Assembly: GCA_965240325.2 (NCBI GenBank)
Contig: OZ251225.1
Location: 3,472,001-3,536,000 of the forward strand
Length of the DNA stretch: 64,000 bases
Origin: Rebecca billardiae RCC1528
Taxonomy: Eukaryota > Protista > Haptophyta
Reading direction: 5' to 3'
In this document: piece after piece, positions 29,248-42,391 of the stretch
How the letters are laid out: every line of letters starts with the position of its first letter
Position numbering within the stretch: the stretch's first letter is position 1
Translations under genes and position numbers: made by a program
Notes under the pieces: generated by a model
Seen by the model: only the letters and a program-made list of their open reading frames with translations
What the model was told of the DNA's origin: nothing
Databases searched by the model: none

Positions 29248-29705
29248 TAAGAAACTGGGGCTTGCTATCTGCGGATCTGGCCTAGAAACTGAGACTAGCA
29301 ATTGGCTGGTTCGCTATACGCATAGTCACACTAAGAAACTGGGACTACGACTACGTCGTCGCGGCTGACGAGTGGTCCGCCGAGGCGCAGTGCGCGGCCC
29401 GTGGGACGCGTCGCGCGGCCGGACTACGAGTATACAGGCCTGGAAGAAGTCCCGACTTCTCCTGACAACTGACTCCTGGCCAGTGCACCGCAGCATCCGC
29501 GTGCATCAGCATGCCATATTTGCTCCAAAATAGCCCAAAATGTTTCTTCGGCCTCGCCGGCCGGGCCTAAAGACTCAGCGGGGGGCTCTGCCCCCCTGCG
29601 CCCCCCGCGCGGGCGGACCTAGCTAAGATTGCTAAGAAGCTGAGACACCGTACGTTCCGTAGGCGCTCGGGCTACCGAACCGGGCTAAGAGTAAGAAACC
29701 GAGAC
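29248..29705 (+). repeat. Cluster of ~5 TAAGAAACTGAGAC-like motifs around a GGGGGGCTCTGCCCCCC hairpin; probable DNA-transposon remnant
   Basis: Motifs at about 29248, 29283, 29332, 29633 and 29692. Hairpin at about 29580-29596. Confidence 0.45.
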
Positions 29706-30209
29706 GTAGCCGTGAGATCTCTGACTTCTGATTGCCCGCGCCTTGCAGCCTGTATCATAATAAGAGTGACGAGTGCACCGCAGACGGGCAGCGGCAGCAG
29801 CGCCAATCCGTGACTACATACAATCCGTCATCACACGACCCGATCATCTGCTGATTACTACTAAGTACTATATCATCTGATATCAGATCACGCGACGCGG
29901 ATTCACCGCCTCGGGCTAAGCCGTCACATCACTGAGTGACTGACTAGACGTCGAGTACAGTTACGCCGCCACTGCTAGTCCGAGCGAGTCATCACTCGAT
30001 CATTACAGAGTCAGTAAATAAGTAAGTGGAAAGTGGAAACGTACTCAGCCTCAGGCCGACTGACGGCGATCGACCCGGGGTGCCAATCGGTCTGTGCAAC
30101 GCCGGCACGCCCGGCAGTGGTAGCTCACCGCCGGCGCGGTCGTAACGATTGGGTCGATCGATTGATGGAGATTGGCGGCGATTCCACCGCTTCACCACTT
30201 AGCTTACAG

Positions 30210-31754
30210 CTACAGCCGATCGAAGAGCTTTGCGCGGAAGGATGCAATCGAGACAACACCCTCATCCTCGTCGCTCACCTGCTGGTACACCGCTTCCAAC
30301 TCGTCGTCACCAAACGGCGTGTTGATGGCGCGAAAGATTGATTTGAGCTGCGCGCGCGTGGGGCCGCGCGCAGGATGGCACGAGGCGCGGCGGCGCGTCC
30401 CGATCAGCCTGAATGCTGAGCCAGCTGCTGCTGTGCGCCGCTGGAGAGGCATCCGGCGGCAGGCCGGTTGTGGCGCGAGCGATCGCGCGTGCGCGCACAT
30501 TGTCGAAGGACTGCGGCTTCAGGAAGTCTCCTTCATCCAGGTTGAGCTGTGAGAAGTGCGAGGGCGCGATTACTTCGCCACCGCTCGGCTCGTTGCCGTA
30601 GTTCTGCGCGCGCGGCGGGCGGCGGCGCGGGCGCGGGGCAGATGAGCGCGTGCGCCGGCGCGGGGGCGTCCTCACGAGCAGCAGCGCGTGCGTGTGTGCA
30701 CCTGGTAGTCTGCGACCGACTTGACCGTCGGCGCCGCGATATCGGAGCGGACGTTCGGCACACCGAACGAGCGGTCGTCCGGCGGGGGCACGTTGCGCCA
30801 GCCGGGGCGCACGGTCTGGCCGAGGTCAATGTCCGGCCGCTGGTCCTCGAGGCTGTACTCGCCCTCGAGGCACTGGCGCGCGTTCCAGTCTCCGTCGCCC
30901 TTGCGCTTCGAGGGCATGCCGAAGCCCTCCTCGGGGATCGGTACGTTGTGATCGCCGTGGCCGACCGGCCGCGGCTTGCCCAGGCTCTCCACCGTCATCT
31001 CCTTGAAGTCCTCGAGCGACTTTGCGATGATCTTGGCCGGCTGCGGCACGTACGGATCCTCAGTCGGGTGCAGCGCGTAGTAGATCGCGTTGTGCTCGGT
31101 CGCGTCGCCTGGCTTGCCGAAGCGGATGGCGGCGGGGTCCAGGTCGCCGCCCGATGAGTTCCACTGGTACCCGCGTCGTCGCTGCTCCCCGGGCGCGTAC
31201 GAGGCGTGCGACCTTTTGTACTGCTCGCGCACTTCCTCTGCGATGTTCTCCGGCGGCTCGACCGGCGCGAGCAGCGTCTTGGTCGAGAGCCCGGCATAGT
31301 TGTGCGGCGTGCCCTTGCCGAACGCATCCTGACCGCTCGCGAGCCCTGGCGGCAGCTCGTGCCCGCGCTTCATCGCCACGCCCAGAGGTTCGAGCTGGGA
31401 GGACTTGTAGATGGCCTCCTTCTTGGCGATCGCGCGCTCGATCAGGTACGACGGGGGCGCCGTGGTGAGGAGCTCCTGCACGGTCGTGCCCGAGTCGCCC
31501 TTCTTGCCGTACACCGGCACACGGAGGTGGTCGGTGTCGTCCGCATACCCGGGGTGCTTCGAGATCGTGCCAGGTGCGAGGATGGACGACTTGCGCCACT
31601 TGTGGATCTCGTCGGGCGTCGCCGGGGGCGCGTTTGGCCGGAGCGAGTGGGCCGCTGACTCGTTGGGCAGGTTGGACGTGACGCCAGCGTACGGGAGCTG
31701 CGGCATGCGGTCCACTGCCTTCGCCATCGTCGGGAACTCGCTCATCCCACCCAT
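30210..31754 (-). CDS. EFHB: EF-hand domain family member B / CFAP21 (flagellar microtubule inner protein); introns 30604-30701 and 30348-30498
   Basis: YKSSQLEPLG..RGHELP, YKRSHASYAPGEQRRRGYQW, D.DLG, FGVPNVRSDIAAPTVKSVADYQ|NYGNE and DFLKP are typical of EFHB/FAP21. Confidence 0.85.
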
Positions 31755-32040
31755 CACGCGGTGCCGGCCCTGTCCCGTACGCTCAAACTGCACACCCAGG
31801 CCCTGCTTGGTGGCCGCTGGGGGGAACGACGAGTAACCGCGCAATCGCCAAATCACAATGGCTGCCCGCGCCCCGGCCGCCTCATCGATCTCATCGATCG
31901 ACGAACTACGATTACGTCAGTCTTGTGCGCCATCTGAACGCATCAAGGTCCCGGGGCTGGGCCGGCGGACGCGGCGAAGTCATCAGTCAGCTCGGCGACT
32001 TGTCGCGGCGCCTGCAGGGAACGGCAGGTGGTGTGGCGAC

Positions 32041-33762
32041 ATGCTCGCGCGGGTGGTCTCGCTCGTCTTACTAGCCATCGGCGCTTCGCATGCCCACCGG
32101 CGAGCACCGCTGCTCATGGCGCGAGCGACGCGCGCGTGCAGCAGTTCGCTCGCCCAGTCGCGTGTGCGCGCAGCACCGACCATGGGCTCCAAAGCCAATG
32201 TCGTGCGTGAGATGACGGTGCCAGTGCCCGCGAGCGAGCTGTATGGACTGCTCGCCGATTACAGCCGCTACAAGGACATCTGGCCGGGCGAATACAAATC
32301 GATCAAGGTGCTGAGCTCGAAGAGGAAGAGTGGCGGCCGCACCGAGCTCTCGACTGTTGAGTTTGAGCACGCGGCGGTGATGGGGTACTCCATGGCGTAC
32401 ACGCTGAACGTGGAGGGGACGAGTGGCAAGTCCGTACTCTGGACGCTCAACTCGTCCAAGCTCATCCTCGCCAACAAGGGCGGCTGGAAGCTGACCGACC
32501 TCGGCAACGGCACGACCAAGATCACATACGGCTGCGACGTCGAGCTCAAGGCGAACGTGCCGGGCTTCGTCACCAACTTTGTCCTGGGCCAAGCGTTCCC
32601 TAAGATGCTCAAGACGTTCGCTCGGTGCGCGCCCCGCCTCCAGTGCTACGCGCCTGCACCGCGCGAGCAAGCATCGGCGCGCGCGCACGCGCGCGCACGC
32701 GCGCTGACCGGCGCCGCCCCCCGGCGTGCACCCGCCCCGCCTCCCGCAGCTCGGCCGAGAAGGAGTGGGCGGTAATACAGGAGGAGCGGCGGAAGCGCTT
32801 CGAGCGGCCGCTCCAGGCCGCCGCCGCCTCGCTCAACTCGACCATCCGCTCGCTCGAAGCCGCCGCGGAGTCGGCCGCGCTCTCAGCCAAGACGCTCGCC
32901 AACGCGACGGTGTCCGACTTCTCAGCGCGCGTCGAGGAGAGCATCCGCACCGTCAAGTCGGCGCTGCTCTCGGCGAACCAGGCGAAGCAGGAGGTGGAGA
33001 GCCCGCAGCTCGAGTCGCTGATCGCCGACAGTGTCACGTGCGCGCCCGCGCGTGTGGCCTGTGCCCCACGACGCCCATCGCCACGCGGCCGTCGCGCGGG
33101 CGAGCGGCGAGCGCGCATGCTCAGCAGTCGCCCACGCGCGCGCGCGTCGCCACATCCGCGTGGGGTGCAGGCAACTGGACGCCGCAGCCGCGTCGCTCGT
33201 GACTCTCGCCAACTCCACCGTCGCCGATCTCTCCGCCACTATCGACGAGTCGCTTGGCGCGCTCGAGGCAGCGGCGGAGTCGGCCGCCGAGACGGCGGAC
33301 GAGCTCGCCCGAACAGCGGCCGTCCAGCTCGCCGACATGCAGGCGGGGCGCGAGCCGCAGCCGCTGGGGGCCGCGGGCAGCGCGGGGAACGCGGCGGCCG
33401 GCAGCGGCGGGAAGCAGCCGGCGGCGGGGAGCGCGGGGAAGAAGGCGGCGGGGGACGCGGCGGAGGGCGCGGGCGCGAGCGCACCTGCAGCCAGCGCCGA
33501 GGCGTCGGCGCCGTCGCGCCCGCTGGCAGTGCAGCGCGCGCTGTCCGCCGGTTGGACCGCCCTCGCCGAGGGCACGCTCACGGTGCTCGAGACGGTCGTG
33601 CCGTACACACGCCCGGCGGAGTCGCCCAAGTCGAAGCGGAAGCGCCTCGGCAAGCTGCTCGGCTTCGAGTGGACGCTGCCGGCCGAGAAGGAGAGCGACG
33701 ACGACGACTCGCCGACAAAGGATGCGAGCGCCAAGCACTCCGACGGAAGCGCAGACAAGTGA
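32041..33762 (+). CDS. START/SRPBCC (polyketide cyclase/Coq10-like) domain protein with bipartite-like leader and Ala-rich helical tail; introns 32625-32749 and 33038-33170
   Basis: VPVPASELYGLLADYSRYKDIWP...SVLWTL..SKLILANKGGWKL..LGNGTTKITY...VPGFV. Splicing restores a single frame. Confidence 0.78.
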
Positions 33763-35332
33763 GGCGGCGGCAGCAGCTGACCGGCTCGGTCCGCTGACGG
33801 CGACGCTCTGCGGCTGCTGCAGCTGCTGCAGGCATGTCCTCGGCTCCCGACCGTTGGCGAGTCGGGTCGGGGCCGGCCGGGCCTGTCCGTCAGTAGCGCA
33901 GCGACGCACGGCCCGCGCCCTGTAGGAGGCTACCGGATGGCATGCACGCCATGCGGCCCCGCCCCGGCTCGGCCGAGCTTGCTCATCAAGTTCATGGAGT
34001 TCCATATCTGTCCTGATCTGTCCGTCCCGCGCCGCGCCAACCCAAGCTGCCTCCGGCTTACCGTGTCCGTCACTCGTCAGTATCCGAGACCGCGCCGCGG
34101 TCAGAAATAATCGTCCCGACTCTCGTCGCGTTATTATAATCGCGGGCCCGCCGCGCTTATATATTGGCCAGCTTATTGGTTTTAATTCCGCAAGTGCGCC
34201 ATGGCCCATGCGGGCTGCGGCATGCCGCATGCGGCATGGGCCATTGGGCGCCGGCGTTGGCCGCCCGCGGTGCCGGCCGGCCGCTGGCGAGAGTCTGAGC
34301 GATCGAGGTCCATCAAGCACCGAGCCGCCGCCAGTGCAACTGTCACTGATGCAACTTGGACGCGTGGCAACTGGCGGTGATGATGCCTCCGAAGTGGTGA
34401 TGCATCATATCTCGGACCGCCATCATGTTAAATCGTGATCAGCCCCACCGGCCGTCTGAGTGCTGAGTCAGCTGAGTGACTCCGGGCCGGGAGCCCGGTC
34501 CGGACGTCCGGTGGCTTGCGAACCAAGCCCCCCATTGTTAAAACCCCTCGCGCGGCGAAAAGCACCGTCCCTCAGGAGTCGATGCCTTCCGGGAGCTCTT
34601 GAATACGCGTTGGCGTTGCGCGTGCGCGGGCACTCCCGGACAGCCGCCGCCAAGAAGGCCAGCCTGCGCGCGCGCTCCTCGGTCGTCCCCCGCGGCGCGT
34701 GCGCGTCGAGGCGCATGACGGGCTTTGCCGTGCACGTCGTGCCCGTGCTCGCGACTCATGCACGCCTCACGACCGAGATGCATGTCTTGCGCGCCCTCCT
34801 TTGGCTCGCACTGCGGTCTCCTCGCCGACAGCCTTGTGATCACGCGCGCCGCCATTTCAACCGGTTGCTGGCCTGCCAGCTGTCGAGCGTGTGTGTGCGG
34901 TCTGATCGATGTCGACATGGCTGCCGGCGAAGCAGTGATGTTGAGTACACCCATACCCATCTCGCAGAAGCGAAAAAGCCGACCTTTGAATGCCCCAGGG
35001 GCGCACGCGTGCCCATCACGCTCGTCGGACAGGCCTTCTCCAGAACTGCGCTTGCCATCCGGGAGGTCTCTGCGCGCGGAGAGGGCGGCGAGGGCGTCGA
35101 CGAGGCGGCGCGATTGCTGCCTACGGGCCTTCTAGCCCCCACAAAGTGCCCGCGCACGGCTGTCGCGCCCGCATGCGGCCTTGGGAGCGCTGCGCAGGGC
35201 CCTCGCGTCGCCCAGTGAACGCCATCCCGTTTCGGGGGGCTTGGTTTGCAAGCCGGTGGGCGAGTTTCCGGATTCTGCTTCTCACCGGACAAGTTCCAGA
35301 CAAGCCGCCGCGGGCAGACGTTATCCTGCACG

Positions 35333-36223
35333 ATGGTGTGTGCTGCTCGCTGTGGGCGGCCCACGGCAGGGCCGTGCCCCTTGGCGCGCGTGCGCGCCGC
35401 CATCGCACTAAAGGCTGACCGCTCGGTGCGCGTATCCCGTGCGCTGTGCAGACGACCTGCAAGGACGCGCTGAAGAAGCTGCAAGAGACGCTCGAGGAGG
35501 GGCAGAAGGTGGAGGAGCTCGAGGATGTGCGGCTGTGCATGGTCCCGTGGCAGATGCCGCTCATCACAAAGATGGACGGCTCTCTGGGCACGCTGAAGAA
35601 GTGCAAGCACCTACGCCTGTCGAGTAACCAGATCGACCGCATTGGCAGCGTGGCGGGCTTGGGTGCGTGCTGTAACGCCACGCGCGCCCGCGCCTCTCGC
35701 TGGCGCTCACAGCAAACGTCTGCGCGCGCCGCGTGCGGTGTCACAGAGAGCCTCGAGATCCTCTCGCTCGCGCGGAACCAGCTGAAGAAGATCGAGAACC
35801 TGGACCCGGTGACCTCGACGCTCAAGCAGCTGTGGATCTCGTACAACAACATCGTCGGCCTGAGCGGCATCGAGAAGCTGCAGAACCTCGAGGTGCTGTA
35901 CATGTCCAACAACAAGGTGCACGACATCAAGGAGGTCGAGCGGCTGCAGGCGCTGCCCAAGCTCACAGAGTTCCTCTTCCACGGGAACACGTGGCACACG
36001 CGCTTCCTGTCCGAGGGCAACGACGACAGGGAGTACAGGCTGGAGATCCTCAAGCGGTGCGCGCCATGCGGCCCGAGCTTGCCCGGCGCCAAAGCCGGCG
36101 CACTGACCGGCGCGTGCGCTCGCGCGGTGCCATCGTGTCCCACGCAGGCTGCCAAATCTGAAGATCTTGGACGGCGTTCACGTGGAGGACGAGGAGCGCG
36201 CCGAAGCACAAGGCAGATCATGA
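35333..36223 (+). CDS. DNAL1: Axonemal dynein light chain 1 (LC1, LRR); introns 35336-35451, 35663-35746 and 36057-36147
   Basis: TTCKDALKK, ITKMDGSLGTLKKCKHLRLSSNQIDRI, LEILSLARNQLKKIENL, LWISYN, LEVLYMSNN and LPNLKILDG. Confidence 0.93.
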
Positions 36224-36753
36224 GCCGTGCCTGGGGAAGCAGCCCGTCCGCATGGCCTCATCGTCGCACGTGTGGTGCTCGCAGCCTCGAGTGTGGCCCC
36301 TGCTCGCACGTGCCCAAGCAATGCCGCTCCGACCGACGGCGGGGCACAGCCACTCGCCTGCTGCACCATTCGGGGCTGCGCATGTTGGTGGATGCCTTGT
36401 GCAGTGTGCACCGTGATAGCGATGCTACCCTCGCCATGGCGTCGGCAAGCCTCTACAGATGGTCGTGATAGTCAGACTATCATCTTTAGGACCGGTCCCA
36501 CGCCCCTCTGGCCTCTGTCACGGAGCAGCATGGTAACAAGCTCCGTGAGCCAGCCGCAGCTGTTTCACTCAAGCCGCCGCGAGCCGGAACAACGGCCCGC
36601 AATCACCGGGCCAATATTCGCGTCACACGGGAGCGAATAGAAAAGTTTCCGGCAAGTTCGGCTTCGGTGGTCGGCGGCGGCAGCTGCCAGCGCCAACTGC
36701 ACCGCGTGGCGGACGCCCGGCTTGTGCCGAGCAGAGTCAAAGCTTTCGCAAGC

Positions 36754-37775
36754 ATGGGGGCCGTGCCATTCTGGTGGGGCGGTATGGCGGCTTTCGCGAG
36801 CGCCTTCTTCTTCATCCTCGGCTTCTTCCTGCAGCTTCTCTGGGCGAGCGGGGCGGCGACAACGGAGCCGTCGCCGTGGCCAATGCAGAACCCGGGTGGG
36901 GACACGCACGCCGCCTACACGCGGTTCGTCGGGATGGACGTTGAGTTCATCAAGCAGATGTGGCGGTACCGTGCGTCCCTTGCAAACCTCGAGATCGCAG
37001 CCGATCTCGTCCTCGCCATCGCATTCTTCCTGCAGGTCGGCGCGGTCGCCGCGCTCGGCGACCTGTTTGAAAAGCAGCTGGGCGGCCACAAGGGTGGCAA
37101 GGCAATGCTCTTGCCCTCCTTCGTCTTCTGCGCCGTTCTCGTCGTGCTGGAGCTGACCTTCAGCGCAGGGACTGCGACCACGACCGCGTGGCTCGCCCGG
37201 GAGTGGATCGAGCGCGAGCACGAGATGACTGTCACGGATGACATGGTGCGTGTGCGAGCGGGGCGCGCCGTGCCGACGGGGGTGAGCGCCGCCCGGCTCG
37301 AACGCGGCCTGACCCTGCGCCCATGGCGTCCCGCGTCACCCGCCTGCAGTGGCGCTCGCTGGAGATCAGCAACTTGCTCTCCGAGTCGCGTGGCATCTGG
37401 ACGTTCGCGATGGAGTGGTTCTTCCTCGCGACCGGCATGTGCTCTGCCGCGTACCTCAACAAGAAGGCGGGCACGTTTGGCACGCTCTTCACCGTGCTCT
37501 CGCTCGTGATCGTGTTCATGTGCATCTTCGGCTTCACTGCGGAGGTGGCACGGCTGAGGTTCTGGATGGTCGCCACCCAGATCAACATCGCCGTGGCCGT
37601 GCTGGTGGGCCTGCTGATGCTCCCCGTGTGGCTCGTGTGGCTTGGGTTCAAGCTGAAGGCGATGCCCGCGCAGGAGGCGTCTGATCGCTTCCAGGCGGCC
37701 TTTGACGGGCAGCACAGCGCCAACGAGGTGCACCACTCGCCTGCCGGCCAGGGGAATGAACTCTCCCACCTATGA
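36754..37775 (+). CDS. Multi-pass membrane protein of unknown function (about 6-7 TM); intron 37246-37349
   Basis: Two hydrophobic ORF segments joined in frame by a GTGCG...GCAG intron. Strong coding bias. Confidence 0.72.
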
Positions 37776-38595
37776 GGCGTCCTTCTCGCGCGAGGGCCTC
37801 CAACAAGCTTGGAAGTGGCCACCGGCCTCCCTCCTGCCCTCCAGGGCCGTGCAGTGATGTGCCGGCCTCGTCGTCTCACGTCCATTCGTCATCCGCCGCG
37901 CCGCACGTGGTCACGGGTCAGCGGTGCTGCCAACTTGTGGCTGCTTGTGCCTTGCTGCGGCGGCGCACGGAACTTTCATCGTCAGTCCCCGAGTCGTGGC
38001 GGTGAGCGACTGAGCGCAGCCTGGCCCCAACCTTTGTCAGACTTTGGCTGCGGCTCATCTCGCGGCTTAATCACGCAAGCGGTGAGTCACCGCTCATGCC
38101 GCCGATGCGGCGCGTGACGCCGGCCACGCGGCATGCCGGACTCCCGCGGACTCCGGAGTCGCCGGAGTCCGCGACGAATGACTCGTCGGGCGCAGTGACC
38201 GTACCGGCCGAACATCCGAACATATATGTATTGACGAATGACGAATTTAGCAGCGACACTCCGACACTAGTGTGACTGAGTGAGACTGTCGAGTTAGTGT
38301 CGGTCCGATTTCCGTGACCGTGACGCCATATATTTTCCGTGCAATTGATGATGATGATTAAATATAATGTATCTGAAAATCTGTAACACAGTGACGACGA
38401 ACTATCAATATATATGTGTGTGTGATGTATATGTCTGGGCTGATGATGATCATCATCAGCTAGACTGTGAATGCTCCGATATATATATATTGTGATATAT
38501 CCCCGGGAGGCGGGACCGGGTCCGGGAGCGTGTCTGTGCATGAGTGAGACGACCGAGACTCACGGCGAGAGTTCAATTCAGACCGCGAGCGCCAG

Positions 38596-38775
38596 TACGG
38601 ACTACGGACATAACTACGGTCTACGGACTACGGAGTAGTGACAGCCGATAGCCGCCCGATATATTATAGGCGATATGAATTCAGATCGATAATTTCATCA
38701 CAGATCACTTTCCTCGGAGTGACAGTGACGAGTACGAGTACTAATTTCATCACTTTCCTCGGAGTGACAGTGAAG
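38596..38775. repeat. Short repeats: (ACTACGG)-like units and a 24-bp direct repeat TCACTTTCCTCGGAGTGACAGTGA x2
   Basis: Direct-repeat copies at about 38705 and 38750. Confidence 0.75.
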
Positions 38776-39498
38776 ATCAAACTCGGAGTGAAGTTACAGT
38801 ATCATACTAGATACGGTTAGCTTACGGTTAGTTAGGCGCCAGTAGCGGTAACAATATACTTTATTTATTTAATAATATATATAATAATAAATACAGTAGC
38901 TTTTAAAGTAATTAACATACGCGCACACTTATACTGTCTATCTAGTTACTACTAGTACTAGTATACCCGGACTACCCGGTTACGGTCGGTTTCGGAACGA
39001 CAACTGAGTTCGCGGGACGGCGTCAGGCCGCACTGACACTGTCATTGTATGAGGCAGTAAGCTAGTAGCTATTAAATTAACGACACTCATGACCAACCGA
39101 GCTCCGAGGGAAGCTGTGGAGTGTGGACGCGCCGTCGCCAGAGTGATCCGGTTTGTTTGGAGGCCGAGGGCATGTGCGACGGGGGGTAAGCTACGGGCGC
39201 GGAGGCGTACGGTAGCCACGTCCGCATTCTGACGAGGGCGAGTGGGCGAGTCGAAGAGCGGGGCGCAGAGAGCGAGATGAGGACGGAGGAGGGCGGGAGC
39301 CGCGCGCAGGCGGCCGCGCCGGCGGTGGGGAGCTGATGCGAGCTGCTGGCAGCTCGATGGTCGGAGCCGGTGGGGCAGTCGGGCGGCCCGCGGGCGGCGT
39401 GCGCGCGCGCGTGCATGCGCGCGGGCCGGCGGCGCGCGAGGCGTGCGTGCGGTCGACGCCTCGAGCGCGGCGCCGGCCCGCCCGCGCCGCGGCAGCGC

Positions 39499-41779
39499 TC
39501 AGCACGCCACACGTTGGCGCTTGCCCAGCTGCGAGGTGATCTGCTCAATCTTCTGCGCAGCGCGCAGCTTGATGGCGCGCAGCAGGTGCTTGGGCAGCTC
39601 CGAGAACTGTGGCGAGTGCTGCACGGCCTTGAGGTGGTGCACAATGTACTGGATGCACTGCGCGCTCAGCTCGGGCGCCTGGCACTGGTCCGCCGCGAGC
39701 AGGATGCTCGCCGCGTTGTCCCTGTTGAGGTGGAAGAGGAGGTTCTGCACGCACAGCTCCTTGAGCGCCGAGAGCCCGAACCGGTGCGCCGCGCCGAGCA
39801 CGAGGAGCGCGTTCTCGTACGTGACGGTCATCTCGGTGTGCCCGTTGTAGCAGTGCCGCAGCACCGTCTGCATCGTGCCCGGCTCGATCGCGTCGACGCT
39901 CAGCTCGGGCGGGCTGCTCGCGCCGTGCGAGCCCAGCGCGGCAATCATCTGCTTGAAGACGGGCGAGGCGGCGGCGAGGATCACGCGGTGCGCGTAGATC
40001 TTGTGCTCCTGCGGAGCGCGAGACCGAGAGGGCGCGGGGCGGCGGGGTGGGTGAGCGCGCGCGCGCGCGCGCGGGCCGCGCGCGCGCGGTGGCGGTGGCG
40101 GTGGCGCGGCCGCTCGGCGGCGCGCCGCACCCCGACGCGGATGACGATGTCGCAGAACTCCTCCGAGCCCGCGTACGAGTCGAGGGAGGGCAGCGCCAGC
40201 CCGCGCAGCCCGAGCTCGGCCGCGGGCGACTGCCAGCGCTCTTTCGAGACGATGACGAGGAGGGGCGCGTCCTGCGTGAGACGCAGCGCGGCAGGCATCA
40301 CGTGCGTGCGCGGCGCAAGGTTGAGGTGCGCCGGCGTGAGCTGGTACTCGGGCACGCCGACCACGTTGGTGCACGAGACCGAGAGCCAGCCCGCCGCCGT
40401 CTGGCCCCACGCCCACACGTCGCCGCCCTCGGTGAGCGCGAGCGAGAAGTAGGCCGAGGCGGCGATGCCAATCACCTTCCTGCCGTCGAAGCCGACGATG
40501 CGCTGCGGCGTGGGCATGCACTCCTCGCCGTCGTCGCACTTCTCGAACTCGCACCCCTCGCTCAGCCCCAGCCTCCCGCGCCGCGCCGAGCCGAACGCGT
40601 ACACGGCGCCGTCGTCCGAGAGGCAGAGCGAGTGCCACTCGCCGCACGCCACCTGCACGGCGTGCGCAGTCAGGCTGTCGAGCTTGATCGGGCGCGGCTG
40701 GTACGGGTCACCGTCGTCGTCGGTCGGCATCGCGTGGAGCTGCTTCGACGAGACGCCGAGCCGGCCGTACTTGGCGCCGCCCCACGCCCACACCGAGCCG
40801 TCGTCGCACACGGCCACGTTGTGCGCGGAGCCGCACGCCGCCTGCACCACCTTCACGCCGTCGAGCGCGGTGAGCAGCGTCGGCCGCGGCTGGTACGGCG
40901 CGCCGCTGCCCTCGTCGACCGGCAGGTTGGAGAGCTGCTCGTTGCCGTCCACGTCCGCGATGCCGAGCAGGCCGTAGTGCGCGCCGCCCCACGCGTACAC
41001 CGCGCCCGTGTGCGTGACCGCCAGGTTGTGGATGTTGCCACACGCTATGTAAGACACCTGAGCACATCAAGCGCGCGGCGCGCGCGCGTGGCGCGGGCGG
41101 AGGGGGAGCCAAGCGCAGGGCGGCGGTGGGCGGCGGAGGCGGCGGTGAGCGTTTGCGCGTGCGCCCGCCCCACGCCCGCCGGGATGCGCCCGCCGCGCGT
41201 GGGCGATCTCGTGCGGACGAGGTCGGCCGGGAGCGCGAGAGCGCGCTGCTCGGTGGCAGCGGCGGCGCTTCGGCAGGGAAGGGGGCGCGGCCGGGTGCGC
41301 ACCGTCGTGCCGTCAAAGCCGTCGACATGCATTGGCGTAGGCTGGTACGGGTCGCCGTCCTCGTCGAGGGGCATGGACGAGACATCCGCAGGCCCAAGCC
41401 GCCCGAATATTGCGCCGCCCCATGCCCACACCCGCCCCGCTTCCGTGAGCGCGAGCGAGTGGTTGGAGCCACACGAGACCTGCACGAGCCGGCAGCCGCC
41501 AAAGCCGGAGATGCGCACGGGGAGCGGCTGGTACGGCAGGTTGTCGTCGTCGGTCGGCATGTCCGCCGACGCCGGGGCCGCGAGCTTGCCGTAGTTCGCA
41601 TCGCCCCACGCATACACCTCGCCCGTGTCTGTGAGCGCGAGCGAGTAGTCCTCCCCACACGCGACCTGCGAGAGCGTCACGTGTTGCAGGCCTTCAATGT
41701 CGAAGACGCGCGGCAGCGAGCGCGTGTTTCCGACGGTGTACACCTCATCGACCGTCCCCGCGTGCTGCAGGGCGATCAT
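39499..41779 (-). CDS. RCC1-repeat + BTB/POZ(-BACK) protein (RCBTB-like); introns 41058-41302 and 40009-40130
   Basis: Repeated QVACG..HSLALT..G.VYAWG...YG.LG units, then FCDIVIRVG|EHKIYAHRVILAAASPVF. The start is uncertain. Confidence 0.87.
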
Positions 41780-42391
41780 CTCCACACAACCGCCGCACCC
41801 AGCTGTGGTCCAGCCGCCACGACGCCAAGCGGCGTGCCGAGGCCGCCAAGAGCCACCCAGGCACACACAAGCGACGAACGCCTGCAAAAGTCAGCACAAT
41901 CTCGTCAGTTGATGGGCACGCCGCGCGCGAAGGGCTATCGAGCGAGCGCTCGGGGGGTCGGGACCGCGTGCCCCAGCCGTCCCCGGACAGTCTGAAGCAT
42001 CAAACGCAAAGATTCTTTAAAAGGCCCGACTCACAATGTGCAACGTGCATACCCGCATTACCCATGAATGGTTAAGGTTGACGAAGTTGAGATGGGCGAT
42101 AATTGTAGTCCGGGCGTTGTAAGTTAATTTGGCTTCGGGCCGGTACCCCGTCAATGGTGAAAATATACGTTACGTAACGGGGACGATTTTTTTACTTGTA
42201 CCGTCATGAACCGAACCGGTGCCTCCTTGTCTCGTGATGAAGCAACCAATCTCCCACTTCTCCAGTCTGCTGCTGCCGAACCGTTACGAGCGAAGCGACA
42301 CACCAACCAGTGCAAGTTCAGTAACAGTCCGTGGGCGTGACACTGGCAGTGGCGAGGGCACACTGACCGTGTAGCAGGCAGCGGACAGTAG

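Noticed and set aside
34460-35218. 252-aa ORF upstream of DNAL1
   Set aside because: No ATG start, no recognisable domain and no clear coding bias.
38145-38173. 12-bp perfect hairpin as a Helitron 3' end
   Set aside because: No CTRR at the expected distance and no second copy in the window.
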